Assembly (NCBI GenBank): GCA_051294905.1
Contig: CM119371.1
Coordinates: 33,172,001 to 33,236,000, forward strand
Origin: Botryllus schlosseri
Lineage: Eukaryota
Direction: 5' to 3'
DNA length: 64,000 nt
Shown: positions 63,312-64,000 of the stretch, piece by piece
How the letters are laid out: each line of letters begins with the position of its first letter
Position numbering within the stretch: position 1 is the stretch's first letter
Notes under the pieces: model-generated
Database searches by the model: none
Seen by the model: the letters and a program-made list of their open reading frames with translations, nothing else
What the model was told of the DNA's origin: nothing
Translations under genes and position numbers: made by a program

Positions 63312-64000
63312 TAGTGCTTGACGGAACAGGCTTTCGACAAAATCGTGCGGAATGAATTAATATGTCCCGTCATCGATTCATACGATAGCTTAACTACACG
63401 GGTGTGTAGAATATCTTGATATCGTATTTAATCTGTCTTATAATTTCGAAAATGAGAATGACACTTGTACTTCATGACGAAATTTATGCGTACGTCTATA
63501 ACTCGTTAAAATAACATTGTCCCAACTCTTGTACATATATCGATATAACAAACGGTTGACGCACCCGCTTCGTAAAACGCATGTGTCGACATCAGGGTGG
63601 ACCTATGACTAACGTGGTTCTTGATCATCGACACATCTGTTTCGGAAAGCAAATGTGTGGATGGGGCCAATTTATTTGCCATTTTCAAGTTCATATTATT
63701 TGTAGTACACTTTCCTATGTGTTCTAGGGTCTTTTCTAACCTAATTAACATACTATTTTATTCCGATTATATATACATCACAATTACTACACATATAGGC
63801 TATCATATATATCTATTTATTCAGGTTATATATGATTTCTTCATTAAACATAGTTTAATTAAACCTGAAAGGGATGCCAAATCATTGAGTGTACCCTAAG
63901 ACTTTATCAGTCAGCCCTATCAATTTAGTTTTCAAGGCTTCTCTCAAAAATCTAGCATTTTCAGTCCTGTGTCTATTAATTCAGTCTTCCAGGCTTCTCT

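Overview
AT-rich, intron-containing animal DNA (an ascidian-like invertebrate is my inference from the IAP and repeat styles), densely filled with nested non-autonomous DNA transposons. (1) Bases <1-27274 (+) hold one spliced gene that the ORF track misses. Eleven GT-AG exons join in frame without stops (about 453 aa within the window). The first five encode a divergent proteasome beta-2 (PSMB7-like) domain and the last six a complete SMUG1-like uracil-DNA glycosylase domain, which suggests a PSMB7-SMUG1 fusion gene. (2) A 5'-truncated, GC-rich, intact-ORF LINE with a 9-bp TSD lies at 33761-35172. (3) An unusual LTR-type retroelement lies at about 53480-61850 (-). It has a PBS-like site, a small transmembrane ORF and a ~981-codon gag with overlapping PSAP/PPxY late motifs and a zinc knuckle, split by a hAT insertion. 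An A-AAA-AAC -1 frameshift leads into a protease ORF with no recognisable intact RT, RNase H or integrase, followed by a PPT. (4) A decayed, intronless BIR+RING IAP copy lies at 62538-63311 (-). All calls come from manual reading and translation; no database searches were run.
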